From Hormiphora californensis (lineage: Eukaryota; Animalia; Ctenophora): 64,000 bases of DNA. The first letter of the stretch is position 1; each line of letters starts with the position of its first letter. A model generated the notes under the pieces. That model had not been told where the DNA came from, made no database searches, and was given only the letters and a program-made list of their open reading frames with translations. A program made the position numbers and the translations under genes. Positions 13,150 to 25,265 of this stretch are shown here, piece by piece. The DNA lies in NCBI GenBank assembly GCA_020137815.1, contig CM035354.1, positions 6,014,001 through 6,078,000 on the forward strand. The letters run 5' to 3'.

Positions 13150-16100
13150 TCTTAACCCCCCTTTTAAAGGAAAAACCCCAAAAAAAGGGAAAAAAAAAAA
13201 TTTTGGGGGGGGAAAGGTTTAAAAAAAAAATTTGGGGTTTAAAAAAAAAAAAAGGGGAAAAAAAATTTTAAAAAGGGGGGAAAAGAAATTTTTTTTTTTT
13301 TTTTTTTTTGGGGGGGGGGGGGGGGGAAAAAAGGGGGGAAGGGGGAAAAAAAAAAGGGGGAAAAGGGAGAGGGGGGGAAAAAAAAACCGGGAAAAAAAGG
13401 GGCCAGGGGGGGTTTTGGGGGTTTTTTTAAAAATTTTTTCCCCCCCCAAAAAACCCTTTTTTTTGGGGGGGGGGGGTTTTTTTTTTTCCCCCCCCCTTTT
13501 TTGGGGGGGGGGGGGGGGAAAAAAAAAAAGGGGGAAAGGGGGGAAAAAAAGGGGAAAAGGGGAAAAATTAAAAAAAAAAAAGGGGGGGGGGGGAAAAAAA
13601 AAAGGGGGGAAAATTTTTGGGGAAAAAAGGGGGGGGGGAAAAAAACCAAATTTTTTTTTGGGGGAAATGTTTTTTTGGTTTTTAAGGGGGCCCCCCCCGT
13701 TTTTTTTAAACCCCTTTAAATTTTTTTTTTTGGGGGGTTTTAATTTTTTGGGGGGTTTTTTTTTTTTTTGGGCCCCCCCCTTTTTTTTAAAAGGTTTTTT
13801 CCCCTTTTTCCCCTTTGGGGGCCCCCCTTTTTTTCCCCCCAAAAACCCCCCCAAAATTTTTTCCCCCAAAAACCCCCCCCTTTTTTGGGCCCCCCCCCTT
13901 CCCCTTCCCCTTTTTCCCTTTTTTTTAAAAATTTTTTTTTTTTTTTTTTTCCCTTTTTTTCCCTTTTCCCCCTTTTAGGGGGGGTTTTTTTTTTTAAAAA
14001 CCCCCAAAAATTTTTCCCCTTTTTTTTTTTAAACCCCCCGGGGTTTTTTCCCCCCCTTTTTTTTTTTCCCCCCGGGGTTAATTTTTTTTTTTTTTTTTTT
14101 TTCCCCCCTTTTTTTTTTTTTTTCCTCTCCAAAAATTCCCCCGTTTGGGGCCTTTTTTTTTAAAAAGGGGGGGTTTTTTTTGGGGTTTTTTTTCCAAAAC
14201 CTTTTTTTTTTTCTTTTTTTTCCCCTTTTCCCTTTTTCCCCCCTTTTTTCCCCCCCCTTTTTTTCTTTTTTCCCCCCAAATTTTCCCCCCCCCCCGGGGG
14301 GGGGGGGGAAAAAGGGCGGGAAAAATTTTTTTTTTAAAGGAAAAAAAAAAAAAACCCCCCTTTTTGGGGGGGTTTTTGGGGGCCCCGGGGGGGTAAAAAA
14401 AAGGGGGGGGCGGGGGGGGGGGGGAAAAGGGGGGGGGGGGGGGGGAAAAGGGGGAATTTTTTTTTTGGGGCCCCGGGGGGGGAAAAAAGGGGGAAAAGGG
14501 GGGGGGGGGAAGGGGAAGGGGGGGAAAGGGGGGGGGGGGGAAAAAGGGCCATTGGGGGGGGGGGGGTTTTGGGGGGAAAAAGGGGGGGGAAAAAAGGGGG
14601 GTTTTCAAAAATTTTTTTTAAAAGGGTTTAAGGGGGGGTTTTTTTTAAGGGGGGGAAAAAGGGGGTTTAAAAGGGGGGGGAAAAGGGGGGCCCAAAAAGG
14701 AAAAAAAAAAAAAAAAGGGGGGGGGGAAAAAGGGGGGGGGAAAAACCAAAAGGGGGAGGGGGGGGAGGGGGGGGAGGAGAAAAAGGGGGGGGGGGGGAAA
14801 AAGAGGGGGAAAAAAAAAAAAAGGGGGGGGGAGAGGGGTAAAAAAGGGGGGAGAAAAAAAGGGGGGGGGGAAGGGGGGGAAAAAAAAAAAGGGGGGGGGG
14901 GAAAAAGGGGAAAAAGGGGGGGGAAAAAAAAGGGGGGGGGGAAAAAAAAGGGGGGAAAAAAGGGGAAAAAGGGAAAAAAAAAAAAAAGGGGAAAAAAAAA
15001 AAAACGAGGGAAGAAAAAAAAAAAAGGGGGGGGGGGAAAAAAAAAGGGGGGGGGGGGAAAAAAAAAGGGGGGGTTTGGGGGAAAAAATTTTTGGGGGAAA
15101 TTGGGGGGGGGGGGAAAAAACCCCAAAAAACCTTTTAAAAAACCTTTTTTTTTTTAAAAAAAATTTTTGCCCCCCCCCCTTTTTTTTTCCCCCCCTTTTT
15201 GGCCCCCCAAAACCCTCCCTTTTTTTTTGGTTTTTTTGGGGGGGTTTTTTTGGGGCCCCCCGGGAAATTTTTTCCCCCCCAAAAAGGTTGGGGAAAAAAA
15301 TTTTTTTCCCTTTAAAAATAAAAAAAACCCCCAAAATTTTTTTAATCCCCTTTTTTTTCCCCCCCCCCTTTTCCCCCCTTTTTTTTTTTTGGTTTTTTTT
15401 TTAAAAAAATTTTTCCCTTTTTTTGGGGGGAAAAAAAAAGGGCCCCCCCGGGGGGGCCCCCCCAAAAGGGGGCTAAAACCCCCCCCCCCCTTTTTTCCCC
15501 CCAAGGGGTAATCCAAAAAAAAAAAAATTTTTTTTAAAAAAAAGGGTTTAAAAAAAAAATTTTTTTAAAAAAGGGGCCCCCCCCCCCCTTTTACCCCTTT
15601 TTTTCCCCCACCCCCCCTTTTTTCCCCCTTTTTTTTTTTTTTTTTGGGTTTTTTTTGGGGCCCCGGTTCGCCCCCGGGGGAAATTTTTTTTTGGTTTGGT
15701 TTTTAAAAAAGGGGTTTTTTAAAAAAAACCCCCTTTTTTTTTTTTTAAAAAAATTTTTTTTTTAAAAATTTTTTTGGGGGTTGGTTTTGGGGAAAAGGGG
15801 GTTTTTAAAAAAAAGGGTGAAAAAAAAAATTTTCCCCCCCCTTGGGAAAATTTTTTCCAAATTTTTTTAAAATTTTTTTCCCACCCCCCCCCCCAAAAAG
15901 GGAAATTTTTTATAAAAAAAAATTTTTTCCCCCCCCCGGGGCCCCCCCCCCTCTCCTTTCCCCCCCCCTTTTTAAACCCCCCCCAAAAAAAACCCCCCCA
16001 TTTTAAAAACCCCCCCCCCCGGGGGGTTTACCCTTCTCTATCAACTTTTTACTCTTTTGTTATTCTTTTTTTTCCCTTTTTTTTTTTTTTTCTTCTCCCT

Positions 16101-16400
16101 TCTTTGCGTTTTTTTTGGGGGATTCACCCCTTTCATGAAAGGGTTGTCAGATAAAAACTTTTTCCCTTTGATCCAGGCCCCAATGGTTATCTTTTCGAGG
16201 CGTGGTTTAAACACTTTACTTTTCCCAAACCCCCTTTCCCCCCGGGGTACCTCCCCTAGGCGTGCTCATCTAGATTCTTCCCAGCTTTGCCCATTTAAAA
16301 CCAAAAATAGCCTAAAAACAAAAAAAGTTTTCCCCCCTGTTTCGTGACGTCAAAGGGCTTTTAAAAAAATTTTGGTGAGGGGGGGTATCAATTCTCTCTC
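13150..16400. other. Homopolymer-smeared low-complexity tract, probable sequencing/consensus artefact
   Basis: Continuous runs of A/C/G/T of 4-19 nt that grade into normal sequence at both ends; ORFs are only K/G/F/P. Confidence 0.7.
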
Positions 16401-17613
16401 GTAGACCCCCCCCCCCCTCTCTCTCTCAACATATTGGTTATAGTTGTCGCTTTATTGGGTAGTGTGTATATTGACAAGCTACCATGACGACCAAAGGGGT
16501 TGCGTAAATTTTATCTGCATGTCCCCTTTTTTTGGATTTTTTTTGTAAATACCGAACATCTTTCACTAATTGCTATGATCGGTGGAAATTTTTTTATTTG
16601 TTACCCCCAATAAAATAAAAACAGTGATTTGATGTTTGGGGGATTTGGGTATGGGGCCAGGGGGCAGGGTATATTTAGCAAAAAAAAATGATACCCCCCC
16701 CCCCCCTAAAAAGTTCTCAGTTCTAAAAGAGGAATAAAGAATAAATCACCATGATTCATTTTCCATGTGTTGCATTTTCCGCCCACTTTAAAAAGGGGCA
16801 ATACGTCACCTTTCACAATTCATGGTTTTTGGTGATACTTAAAAGACAAGGTTTTCCCCCCTTCCCCCTCTCTCCTCCTCCCCTCTTTTGCGTCACAGTG
16901 TAGAACCAGACCCCCACCACCTCCTCAAACCCCCCACATATATTCACCTTGGATCACGGCTGCAATGTACAGGGGGTCTCGTCTTACTGTGACTAAGTTT
17001 CCCCCAGAATTGGGGGGGAGTCCTGAACCGGCTCCTCCTGTCTTCTTCTTTCTCCTCTCTCTCTCTCTCTCTAAATCTCTCTTCCTCTCTCTCTCTCTTC
17101 TCTCTCTCTCTCTTCTTCTCCTCTCTTTTTTCTCCTTTTTTCTCCTTCTCTCCCTCTCTCCTTTTCTCCGGCTTTTTCCTCTCTTCTTCTTTTCTCTCCT
17201 CTCCCCTTTTTTCCTTTTTCTCTCCCTTTTCCTCCCTTTTATTTTTTCCCCTTCTCTTTCTTTAACGAAACCCCAATCCCCTTTATTTTATTTCCCACGG
17301 CTTCCCCGTCAAATAATAATTTTTGATGTGGAACTTTAATCTTTGCCCTTTAACGTTTAAATTTTCCTTCTAAATTCTAAAAACCCCCTTTAATATGGTT
17401 TTGCTCTGCAAAAAAAAGGGAGCGGGGGCGCGAAAAAAAAGGGGGGAGGTTTTGAAGGAAGAAAGATTTAAGAATTCTTTTTTTCTTTCAATTTTTCTCC
17501 CTTTTTTTTCTTTTTTTCTTTATTTTTCTTTATCCTTTTTCCCCCTTTTCCTTAAAGATATAGGGTTTTTTTGTTTCGTTGTTTTTCATCTCCTTTTTTT
17601 TCTTTCCTCCTTC

Positions 17614-17692
<79 letters not shown>

Positions 17693-18643
17693 CGCTTTAT
17701 CATTTTGTCGCTTTTAAAGTGTATGCTTTCTATTTCAGCCAGTACAGACTGCATATATTATATTGGGAGCATATAAAAACGTTGAATATAGCACAACAAA
17801 TAGATATAGGGGTTGAGAGATGTGGATAGAGTCTTTGTTCTAACTTTGTCCAGGGATATATCTTTGTCTCTCCCTCTCTTGCTGCAAATATCTTTGTTGT
17901 TGGTTTATTGTTCTTACTATCAGGGTGGGGCACTTCTAATATTAGGTATAACAAGCTATTCCCTCCCTCACTTCCCCCTTAATCTCCTCTTCTTTCTCAA
18001 GCTCCAGCTTCTCTTCAAAGGGGACAGATATAGATCAGTTCATTAAAACCTCCATCATTGGAGCTATCTTTGATTCATTCATGAGAGGCGAGAGTAGAAC
18101 TGCAAAAGCACCAACATCTCAAATCATTCTATAACGGGAGCAGCGATATCTATTTTCTCTCTTTCTTCTCCCGTTTTTTGTGCGTGTGTGCTTGCGATAT
18201 TTGCATCTTATTTCCATGTTGATTTTTGATCAGCCTCTCTGTTTTTTAAATTTTTGTGGCTCAAAAATTCACCAGCAGACCCAACAACCTATTGTAATAC
18301 GACCAATGATTATACCCAACCCTGGCCTCTCAGTCTAACCCTACTAACCGATACATATTTAGTTTTTACCCAACTCTTTAAAACCCTACTAACTTGTCGT
18401 TACTCAACAACTATTAACCGATACCCTCTCCCCTGTTATCTAGGAAGGAATTTACTCGGGAGATTAGTCGGAGTTCTGACGCTATTATACACGCCTCCTC
18501 CACCTCCCGACTATTTGAAATGATGAACGGAACTAAACAACACAACCACATCGGAAATAAAAAGTTGCTAGGGGTAAGTTGTACACAGATCAGATACAAT
18601 GATTTCAGTGTTTGTCTGTTTGTACCGCGATGTTGTTGTGTTG

Positions 18644-19241
18644 TCAGTTGGTTAGCTGTTGATACACACCCACTGGAGTAGTATACCCTGGGTCCCCAGC
18701 AGTAACATCAGATTGTTCACCCTCATCACTACGACCCTCTAATGTGTCGTTAGTGGTAACCATAGTAGGGGTATAGTCTAACTGCCACCATCTCTTACAC
18801 AGCCCACATAGTGCCACAATAAACACAATAACAGATAGTAGGAAGAATGCTTCCCATAGCCACTCAGCCACTTCTTGTGTGGGAAGACTGAAACGAATAA
18901 GCTGGTTATAGTAGGAGACGTTTAAAGTGAATTAGATGCACTCATATAAAACATTTTCTTAGTTTTATGGAGTTTATTTGTTTTTGAAGTTGATAGTACT
19001 CACTGATCGTTACAGAGAGTTGAACTGCACTCACTGCATCTCTCCCTACCATAGCACAGCCCGCACCCACCACTGTACTCCGTAGCAAAACACGTGTTGA
19101 TACCCCTGAACACGATCCAAATATCAAATCAGAAGTCAGGCAGATCATGCAGTAATCTACCGGGCAGATAGCTTACCGTGTACAGACTGTTTCAGTGTAA
19201 GTGGTTAATCGGTAACTCGTTACAATTTCATAACACTTCAT
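18644..19241 (-). CDS. 136-aa single-pass membrane protein with an 8-Cys three-finger/Ly6-like ectodomain (exons 19241-19177, 19105-19004, 18887-18644)
   Basis: Spliced: MKCYEIVTSYRLTTYTETVCTR/GINTCFATEYSGGCGLCYGRERCSECSSTLCND/HLPTQEVAEWLWEAFFLLSVIVFIVALCGLCKRWW...VYQQLTN*. Donors GTAAGC and GTGAGT, both phase 2. KCY...CxxCxxxLCN framework, TM helix followed by a KR stop-transfer signal. Confidence 0.75.
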
Positions 19242-19371
19242 GACAAGTGGTTAGGTGGCGAAACGTTAACAAACAAATTCAGAAATGAAACCAAGCATTG
19301 ACTGGCTTTCTCACGGCATAAAGTTTCATACATAGTAATGCCTGTCACTCTCAACTTTACCACCTAAGCGT

Positions 19372-19496
19372 CTATTCATCCTCAATGCATTCTAGCGCAC
19401 TATCAACTTCAACCCGACAGCTTACCGTTTACAATCTGTAACTTCATAACTGAGATTCCATTTATCCTTTTTTGTGATTGTCCAACACTGAATCAT
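19372..19496 (-). pseudogene. Internally deleted paralog of the small membrane-protein genes
   Basis: Exon 1 MIQCWTITKKDKWNLSYEVTDCKR|GTAAGC parallels MKCY...CTR|GTAAGC but is fused directly to ...GTTGAAGTTGATAGTGCGCTAGAATGCATTGAGGATGAATAG, a near copy of the last codons and 3' flank of the 19681-19920 gene. Confidence 0.6.
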
Positions 19497-19680
19497 AACA
19501 ATAGGTTGTGGTAAATCTTGAAGTTGAACGACAAACAATACATAAAACTCAAAAATAATATAGAATTAGAAATGATGTTTCATTCTGTCCCCATCAATTG
19601 ACTGCCCTTCTCACAGCTGCATACTGAAGTCTAAATCTACATAGCCTCGTTTAACACTGTCACTCCCAACTTCATAACGT

Positions 19681-19920
19681 CTATTCATCCTCAATGCACT
19701 CTAACTCACTATCAACTTCAACCCTATCCAGAATGGCCTCCATCCCATCCTGTTCCGTTACTAGAGGCTGATAGAGGTGCTCCTCTGATGTAGACTCTGT
19801 TGGGTTGCCTTGTAGACATGTGGGTAGGAGGTGTTTGAATCGGAGGTAGAGATATCCTAGAGATAGGCTGGTGAACATTATTGAGATGGTGATTATTATA
19901 ACTTCATCCAGGATCGTCAT
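19681..19920 (-). CDS. Small single-pass membrane protein with acidic tail and YQPL motif
   Basis: MTILDEVIIITISIMFTSLSLGYLYLRFKH...HLYQPLV...ECIEDE*; acceptor TTCTAG 3 nt before the ATG. Confidence 0.55.
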   Translation of the reverse strand: MTILDEVIIITISIMFTSLSLGYLYLRFKHLLPTCLQGNPTESTSEEHLYQPLVTEQDGMEAILDRVEVDSELECIEDE

Positions 19921-20386
19921 ACTCTAGAATATATAAGCAAAGATGCTGTCCGGTCAAAACATGAACGTGTAAAACAAGTTGTGATAACAGTTTGACTCGT
20001 GACTGCAATCATCTTGACTGTCGAAGATCTTTATACTGTCCATAACATGTAGTACTTTTAATATTGATCACCGGACTCTGTAGTAGGTGTACAAACACGT
20101 GACAAAGTGGCATGGAGTTAACAGAAAGTGGAATTAACATAAACCCCTAATATCCAATCTGATATGGCAGGTCACTGTTTCTCACATGTCCCCTACTCAC
20201 ATTACTCTCTCTCATTCTCAATACTGAGCGGCAGTAACTGCTCATAACCCAGTGAACTCTGAATAACATCTATCGGGGTAGTACTGTATAATCGGTGATC
20301 CATTGATTGCCTAGTTGTATAACATCGCTCCACTGGTTCCGGGATTTCTGATCTGGTCTGGTGGAATGTCAGCTCATGGGACAGGG

Positions 20387-20486
20387 NNNNNNNNNNNNNN
20401 NNNNNNNNNNNNNNNNNNNNNNNNNNNNNNNNNNNNNNNNNNNNNNNNNNNNNNNNNNNNNNNNNNNNNNNNNNNNNNNNNNNNNN
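20387..20486. other. Assembly gap (100 N)
   Basis: Run of exactly 100 N. Confidence 0.99.
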
Positions 20487-21442
20487 CACTTTCTCATAGT
20501 AACGTCAACCCCCTGTGCCCACATTTTTACTTTACGACGGGGCACAGAGAGTGTTTTAGCAGTCGTCTCCTCTCGTCTCCCCGCTCCTCTGCCCCTTGGG
20601 TACGGGTGCAGAACTCGGACCCTTTCTCTCTAAACTGTCAGCTCTGTTCCCCTCTTGTGCCCCTCCCTAGATGTAGAGTTTTCATTTGTATGTCCGCTAT
20701 GTTTATTATATATGTTTTTGGACCATTTTTATGTACTCTTATGGCGGGGTAACATCCTATTTAATCGAGTTCATTACCATTTTGCTACCCTTATATCTCC
20801 CCGGCCCTTCTGGGTTCCGTTGTTATCTTATTCAGGTACCCCCTTTTGTTCCTTAGGTGTGAACATGCATAATTCCTGAATTTAAGGGGATCTTACCTTC
20901 CGAGGCGGCTCGCGGCCCCGGCCGTCCGGATAGTGTGTGTATTCGATTGAGAGAGAGAGAGAGAGAGAGAGTGAGAGAGAGTGAAATAAAGACATAAAGG
21001 GAGAGAGATAAAACATACTAGCTTGAGTGAGGCAAAAGGAGAAGGACAAACGGTTAGAGTCACAGAGATGAGAGAGAGAGATTCATGTAACTTATAATGG
21101 GAGAGAGAGTCAAGGAGAGGTGTGGGTGGGCTAGCAAGCAGGCATGCACGATCAGAGAGAGAGAATAGTACACCTTGTCTCTGATCACGTGATGCAGCTG
21201 TGTGGCTCCTTCATCACACTTCTACAACATCTCATGTCAGTCAGACACGCAGAGAAGGGGAACATATAATCAATCCTTTTACAGCAACTCGACTCCAATG
21301 GCAGACCTACATCTTTCTCTCTTTTTTCTATTAAAAGTTGTCTCAAAAGTCTCGACACATCAAACCTCTTCATTTATTCAATAAAATCATACTATCACAA
21401 TATGGTGCTAAAAGCACAACTCCTAAATCCCCCTCTTCCCAG

Positions 21443-22383
21443 GCTGAAATCCCTGCTGATGTGACAGCCCGGGCGCTGGCTACCCTTGTGAAGAAACAGA
21501 AGGAAAACAATAACAAGTACGAATACGATAGTGATGAAGATGTGGAGGACGGGACCTGGGAACACAAACAGAGACTCGCTGAGATACGATCCACTGATGG
21601 TAAGGGTTGTGTTATTATCTGTTCCCATTGCACTGAGTTTATTGAATTGGGGGCTAGACAGGGAATATTTAGAGACTTGGGTTATATATTCTACATTGTA
21701 CAGTTATTTCCACATCGGATAAGGGGTGAGGGGGTGCCGTGTGTGTGTGTTACATCACCACGAAAGAGCCTTGTTAGAAAGTGTTGACTATCATTATAGA
21801 GGTTAGAATAACCCTGTATGAGATGAGAGGGTTAGGTCCAGTACCCAGAGAAACTTATAGATGGTATGGTGCATGTCAGGTAGCCCTACCCGATCAATCA
21901 CCCCCTCCCCCAATCACCGTAATGATGGGGGAGCGTGACGAATCACACTGAGCGGGGTTAGCAGGTGGTTGATATATGTAGTCTAGTGAAGGACAAAGGC
22001 CCCCCGAGACAGAAAGAGACAGGGAGAGACAGAGACAGAGAGAGAGATAGATCATAGAGAGACAGGGAGTCCAAGAGATGACATGTACACACATATCACA
22101 TGTGTGTGTCTAGTTTAGTATGCGAGTAATTACACCCCATCTCTCTTGCATTAATTATATGAAAGAAGGCTCGACCGGGGTTGTGGTAGAAAGTAGTTGT
22201 AGGACATGAACACACGAAACACCTTCTATATTTCTCTGTCTCTTTCTTTGTTTCTCTCTACCAGATTCCCATCTCTCCAGCAAGTCGAATCTCTAGCTCT
22301 TCACAGAGGCCCTTGTGGTTTTATTTTGTATTTGGTGCTGAGCTATAATCGGTGTAGTACATGGTACTCACAAACATCTCTCT

Positions 22384-22451
<68 letters not shown>

Positions 22452-24626
22452 TATCTTTTTCTCTCTCTCTATCTCTCTATATCTCTCCCGTCCCTCTCTA
22501 TCTCTGAGAGTGTCTAATTCGTAATTGTCTTCCCTGTACTCTTCCTCTCACAAACCCCCTCTCTCGATCTCTCACAAACCCCCTCTCTCGATCTCTCACA
22601 AACCCTCTCTCGGCTCCTCTCTCGATCTTGCAATTGCACCAAGCAGCACTACCCAAAATGATCCTTCTTGGGACTTTAGACGAAAAACTCAGAAATAGCA
22701 TAAGTTCCTACTTACTGAATTATCTCAATTACCTCGCAAGAACGCTAAGTTACTAGCTTGGGAGTCTTCTCCTCAACATATTTATCCGACCTATTCCACA
22801 TTACATCAGACTGCTTTGTTCTCGAGTGTTATATGTATGTTAGGGAGGGATGGGATTTAGTACATGGTATATGATGAATCACGCCGCATTCTTTTTCTTT
22901 TTACTTCTATCTCTCCCTCTCTAGCTGTCTCCCTCTCCCCGGTCTCTCTCCCCCTCCTCTTCTCTTTCTCCCCTCTTTCTTCCCCTCTCCCTCTCCTCCC
23001 GCTCCCCTTTCGCTCTCTCTCTCCTCCCTTCTCCTCTCTCTTCTCATCTCCTCCTTTTCTCTCTCTCTCTCCTCCCCCTCTTCTCCTTCCTCCCTAAGGC
23101 CTCCCCTTCTTCATATTCCAATATATTACATTCGTTGGATAATAAACACCCGTAGTAACCCTTTGCCCTGAGCAAGATGGGTCCATAATTTGTCCGAGGG
23201 AAGGAAAGAATACAGAGAGATGGAAAGAAAGGGAGAGAGAGAAAAGACAAAGATGCAAAGTCCACCCACTATTGTGGTATTTAGCCCGCAACTTAGAGAA
23301 TCAGTCTTTTGTGAGTGTATGTGTGTTAGCCAAGTGACAAATACAATGTACACAATGTATAGAAGAAGTACAAGTGTGTACACTCACCCACCACGTTCAA
23401 ATTGATACTTTACAAACAATACAATTTACACGTATGGTTGTGGAGAGGGAGAAGAAGAGAGAGAGAGAAGAAGAGAGAGAAGAGAGAAAAGAGAGATGGG
23501 AGAAGAAAGGGAAGAGCTATGATAATGGTGATGGTACTGAGATATGTTGTAACCACCCTCTCGCTCTCTCAACTTCCCCTGTTTCTAGCTGGCTGATGGC
23601 CATGGCTCGGTGCACTTTCCCCCTAGTTGCTGAGTTATGTGGTTCCCATGATGTGGGGGAAGGACGTAGGGAGGGGAAGACGCAGGAGCTCAGAGAGAAA
23701 CAGAGAGGGAGAGGGAGCGAGAGACAGAGAGAGAAAGGAGAGATTGGACGATTTAGCTTTAGTTTGAAGGTTATCATTTATCCTTATTTGGTCGAATTGC
23801 TATATTTACGAAGACATGCGAAGAAGGCTCGGTGGTTCTTGATGTCCTATAAAATATAAAGTACCCCGGACCCCCCCCCCCCACTCACCGTCTTATAAGT
23901 GCTCTGAGACACTTTATAAAATATGAACCATGCTATATCTCTATTAGAAGAAATAAAACGTATTATTCATTTCTCTCTTCCAAAATCCTGCCCCCTACAT
24001 CAATACAATGCAATGGTTTCGAAACCCGGCCCACTGCTGCACCCCTTCTAAAGCCCACTCTAGACACCCACTACACAACTCTTCTAAAGCCCTCTATTGG
24101 TCCTCTATTCTGAGCTCTCAACTACATTCCCTGGTTCACCCTGTCGTCTCGCTCGAGTTGGAGAGCGATCAAGATTCTAACTATACAAACCATTCTTGTC
24201 GATCTCTCTCCCTTTCTCTCTCTCTCTCTCTCTCCGTCTCTCTCACTCACTCTGGCTCTCTGAACAAGCTCCCTGTGCCGGTGGAATACAAATTGACCAT
24301 TGTAAGCAACAAAGGCAATGCTAATCGGCCTACATTCAGTAGGGGGGGGACAATGATCTCTTACTTTCTACCAGAGTCTCACCGTACACCATCACCTTAC
24401 CATAGTACACGATCATTGTGCAATCTTGGAACAAAAAAGAAACTTTCATGTGGAAAGGTGGAGTTTTGTTAGAGATTTGAGATTATTTTCGGGTGTTGTG
24501 TTGAGGAGAAAGATTGTTGAGGATACGACAAGCGAGACCACTGACGTTCATCTGTTTCTCTAATATCTTTACACGCTCACAAGTCTAACAGCTGTGAGAT
24601 TAATGAGGCCCCCCTGGACACCATCC

Positions 24627-24685
<59 letters not shown>

Positions 24686-24881
24686 ATCTCTCCATATATC
24701 TCTCCCTGTATCTCTCTCTTCCCCTCTCACTCCCTTTCTCTCTCTATCTCTCTATCCCTCTCTATCTCTATCCGATTCACACACCCAGTACCCCCTGTCG
24801 CGAATCCCATCACTAAACCCCGCCACCAGTCGACTGTCACTGCATATATTACACATGAATCTTCATGAGTAATTAGAGAGG

Positions 24882-24930
<49 letters not shown>

Positions 24931-25195
24931 GGGAGGGGGTGAGAGAGAGGGTGAGAGAGAGAGAGAGAGATAGAGAGAAATAGTTAAGTTGGAGAGTTTG
25001 GGAGCGATATAGTAGAGTCATGAGATCTTGGGGAGCTGCTTCACTCGTCTGTACATGATAAGGAGTAGCTAAACGACAATTTGCAACTTTCTCTGCCAAA
25101 TCCAACTCTCTCTTTCTTGACAAGATCTATCTACATCAGATCAGCTGGCACTACACATCTCACTTCAGCCACGAATCCTCTTCAGACCACCTCCC

Positions 25196-25265
<70 letters not shown>

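Noticed and set aside
13219-16154. Many long K/G/F/P-rich ORFs
   Set aside because: By-products of homopolymer runs that lack stop codons.
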